Positions 61,314 to 64,000 of a DNA stretch of 64,000 bases are shown here, in pieces. A program made the translations under genes and the position numbers. Numbering within the stretch: the first letter of the stretch is position 1; each line of letters starts with the position of its first letter. This DNA comes from an uncultured delta proteobacterium (lineage in GTDB: Bacteria; Desulfobacterota; Desulfobaccia; Desulfobaccales; 0-14-0-80-60-11), in contig CAWETI010000002.1 in the NCBI GenBank assembly GCA_963812015.1, positions 256,001 through 320,000 of the forward strand, given 5' to 3'. The notes under the pieces were generated by a model that worked only from the letters and a program-made list of their open reading frames with translations, was not told where the DNA came from and ran no database searches.

Positions 61314-61394
61314 AATATCAGCAAGGCAGAGGTTGGGGGGAAGAGTGCGGAGATATAGCAGATATCCGAAGTTCTGCTATATTGCTTGGCCACC

Positions 61395-61526
61395 CACCCG
61401 AGCTATACCGACTATCTCAAGACTCAGATGATCTGCTCCGGCGTGTAACGCTTCCTACTCATCTACCTCCCCGCTTCGTTCCACTACTCACCATAACTTG
61501 TAAATCAGTTTTTGGGGGGCAGGTCA
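61395..61526 (-). mobile_element. IS3-family left end with decayed orfA start
   Basis: Minus strand TGACCTGCCCCCCAAAAACTGAT..., GGAGG RBS, MSRKRYTPEQII then stop. Confidence 0.8.
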
Positions 61527-61563
61527 GAGTCTCCTACGCAGCCTTCGAGAACTAACCCCTTAT

Positions 61564-62772
61564 TTAAGGAGATCCTTTAATGCCCATCTTTATTTTGGAG
61601 AAATTGATCCTTCGTGATTGTAAATCTTCATTGAAATTAAAGCCTTTCTCCCTAAATAATGTCAAACATGTGTTTACTACTTCGGAGTCATAAAGAATGC
61701 CCTTCTGTTCATAAATTTCGTCCAGAGCCTTATCGATGCTTTGGGGCGGACCATACGGCCGGTCGCAAATCATGGCTTCCAACACGTCAGCCACCCCCAA
61801 GATCTTGGCTTCCGGGATAATATCCGCCGCAGTCAGGCCGGCGGGATAACCCGAACCATCCAATCTCTCATGATGTTGCAAAATGGTCTGCTGCACAAGC
61901 CAGGGGAAATCGATATTCTCCAAGAGCTCAAATCCCACCTGGCAATGAGATCTGATAAACTCACCTTCCAAGTTACTGAGCACTCCCGGCTTGCTCAGGA
62001 TTTCTGTAGGTACGGCGATCTTGCCGATATCGTGAAGCAAAGCGGCAATCTTAATTCCTTCCAGCTGGTTAAGGGAAAAACCCATCTCTCGGGCTATAGC
62101 GACCGCCAGCTGCGCCACCCGCTTCTGGTGCCCCGCGGTTTGCAGGTATTTCATCTCCACCGCATAGGCAAAGGCTTCGGCTAAACTGTATAGGCAGCTT
62201 CTTAGCCGGCTGGGCATCGACTTCAGGTTCTCTTCTTCTGCCGTGCGCTCTCGGGCCTCCCGTAGCAACCACAGCAGCCTCACCGGCTCATCATGTTGGT
62301 CCGTTTGAGCTCTAACATTGGCGAACAGCGAGAATGGGGCGTCATCCCCAGGTTGGAATTGCAATTCCCAGTTCCGTTTCTCTCCTCCCGTCTGTACTTC
62401 GGTCAGGCTGGCCCGGAAGGCCGGGCGATCTGGTCCCGAAATCAAAAGGGCCAAGGGCGTATTTTTCAGGATATTCTGGCTCATCCTCAGCATGGCTGCG
62501 GCGGCCTGGTTGCTCTCCTGAATAATAGTTTGGGGATCAGTTACCAGATAAGCATCGGAAGCAAAATCGAAGAAGTCCCGACAACGCCGGTATTCGACAT
62601 CCGGAGCTCTTGACGCGGGCGATAGATTGGCCTCTGCCTGGATATCAGCCTCTCCCACTGCGGCTTGGAGAGTTTGCAACAATTGTGAGATGTCGTGCAT
62701 CAATTTGTTGAGGAGAGGTGCCAACTGCATGAAAAAACCGGCTTCGGGTGCCGCCTTAGTTTCGGACATCAT
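61564..62772 (-). CDS. PAS + HD-GYP phosphodiesterase
   Basis: TAGHQKRVA, LLHDIGK, HHERLDGSGYP, VADV; start uncertain. Confidence 0.9.
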   Translation of the reverse strand: MMSETKAAPEAGFFMQLAPLLNKLMHDISQLLQTLQAAVGEADIQAEANLSPASRAPDVEYRRCRDFFDFASDAYLVTDPQTIIQESNQAAAAMLRMSQNILKNTPLALLISGPDRPAFRASLTEVQTGGEKRNWELQFQPGDDAPFSLFANVRAQTDQHDEPVRLLWLLREARERTAEEENLKSMPSRLRSCLYSLAEAFAYAVEMKYLQTAGHQKRVAQLAVAIAREMGFSLNQLEGIKIAALLHDIGKIAVPTEILSKPGVLSNLEGEFIRSHCQVGFELLENIDFPWLVQQTILQHHERLDGSGYPAGLTAADIIPEAKILGVADVLEAMICDRPYGPPQSIDKALDEIYEQKGILYDSEVVNTCLTLFREKGFNFNEDLQSRRINFSKIKMGIKGSP

Positions 62773-62988
62773 GTCGGATCCTGCACAACCATCAATGGTG
62801 AGAGAGTGATACAAGACATACTGTTTTTCTCCGCTGCTTAAAGAAATTTAGGGGTTGAAGGGGTGTATCTTGATCCCTCCCGAATTGCGGATTAATCTCC
62901 CGTATCTCACATAGTTGTGCTTATTTCAGTCAATTATTACGGCATAATCCAGGCTTGAAGGGTTCTAATCGGAGCAGTTTGCTATAAT

Positions 62989-63795
62989 TTAGTTATGGGT
63001 CGCTTTGGTGCTGAAGTCTTGCCCACCTATATGACGTAACTTTCGCACTATCTCCTCAGTCTTCTCAGGCTTGTCTTCCCGGATAATAAACTGATTCTTT
63101 CCCAACTTTTTGACCTCATATAACGCCTGGTCTACCCTTTTGATAAAGCTGTCGATGGTGTCTCCTGGTTGATACGCGGACACACCGAAACTGGCAGTTA
63201 CCCTGATAATGGAGTCAGGGAAGGTTATCTCCTCCAAACGATGCAGGAGACGCTCACCGAAAACGGTTGCTTCCTTTCCGCTGGTGCCTGGGAGCATCAT
63301 AATAAATTCATCTCCGCCCCAGCGCGCGATCAAGTCCTCCTGCCGGCTGTTTTCCATCAAGAGAGTGGCAACAGCCTGGAGCACTTGGTCCCCCGCATTA
63401 TGACCAAAAGTATCGTTGACGGACTTAAAGCCGTCTAAGTCGGCCATGATGATGCAAACGGGAGCCTGGTGCCTCTGGGCAAAGGAGATGGCGTGCTCCA
63501 GGCTCTCCAGGAAGATGCGCCGGTTGGCGATGCCAGTCAACGGATCAGTGCACATCAAAGCAATGATGCGGTTATGAACTCCCCGCAGGCGGTTGAAACA
63601 AAAAATAATTCCTCCAAGGCCCAGAAGCCACAAGAGACCATGCCCGCACCAGAGGTCCAATGCAGTCTCCGGCCGCTGCTGTGCCAGGTTCCACCAAAGA
63701 GATAACGCCACCACAGCGGTCCACATGGCCAGGAGCGCCCAGGCATAGCAATTGAGGCGGGAGACCTCCCTACAGCGGGCAATGTGCTGATCCAT
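62989..63795 (-). CDS. Two-TM GGDEF diguanylate cyclase
   Basis: DPLTGIANRR, DLDGFKSVND..GH..GD, RQED I-site, RWGGDEF. Confidence 0.93.
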   Translation of the reverse strand: MDQHIARCREVSRLNCYAWALLAMWTAVVALSLWWNLAQQRPETALDLWCGHGLLWLLGLGGIIFCFNRLRGVHNRIIALMCTDPLTGIANRRIFLESLEHAISFAQRHQAPVCIIMADLDGFKSVNDTFGHNAGDQVLQAVATLLMENSRQEDLIARWGGDEFIMMLPGTSGKEATVFGERLLHRLEEITFPDSIIRVTASFGVSAYQPGDTIDSFIKRVDQALYEVKKLGKNQFIIREDKPEKTEEIVRKLRHIGGQDFSTKATHN

Positions 63796-64000
63796 GATAG
63801 GTTGAACCTTTGGCCCTTGAGTAAGTATGATGCGACATTAAGCAGCGGCAACATCTGGTGAGCAACCCTTGCGCGCCGCCTGTAAGGTTGGGCTGCTAAC
63901 CGCGGGACCGGCACTGGGCCTCATACCAACCCCAGGTGTCAAACCGTAACCAGCAAGGCTTTAATCCTTTTTCGGGTATGCACCCGAGGAAACAATAAAA

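Larger units (their letters stand above)
55495..61400. mobile_element. tRNA-integrated phage-satellite-like element (right boundary undefined)
   Basis: att fragment, lower GC, xis-like HTH, AAA+ replication protein with iterons, small MGE-type ORFs on one strand. Confidence 0.7.

Noticed and set aside
63800..64000. c-di-GMP riboswitch upstream of the GGDEF gene
   Set aside because: No GEMM-type conserved motifs recognised.

Overview
GC-rich bacterial chromosome segment; gene content points to Desulfobacterota/Deltaproteobacteria (inference). Positions 1 to about 32.6 kb are mostly backbone: the pyrG-kdsA-kdsC-lptCAB-rpoN cluster, rsmA, acyl-CoA ligase, slyD, fabF, two tandem PAS histidine kinases, oligopeptide ABC ATPases, a cobalamin riboswitch with no obvious B12 gene downstream, ahbB-hemL and an OFA transporter, with many REP/MITE-like intergenic repeats. 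From about 32.6 kb to the end is an accessory mosaic. It holds at least five IS3-family scars and several broken or orphaned genes: a Tat solute-binding protein, a lone NiFe-hydrogenase small subunit, MscS, a graspetide-type ATP-grasp ligase, a tyrosine recombinase, methylmalonyl-CoA decarboxylase and a PLD nuclease. Intact cargo includes a low-GC two-component pair, a Mla/Pqi ABC operon, a malonate-type cluster and c-di-GMP enzymes. The most notable structure is a tRNA-Arg(CCG) 3' fragment (att site) at 55495-55539. Next to it is a compact phage-satellite-like module: xis-like HTH, AAA+ replication protein with an internal TGCAAC iteron/IHF array, small Cys-rich proteins and a 10.5-bp phased A-tract segment. 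All calls come from motif recognition by eye; no database searches were run.
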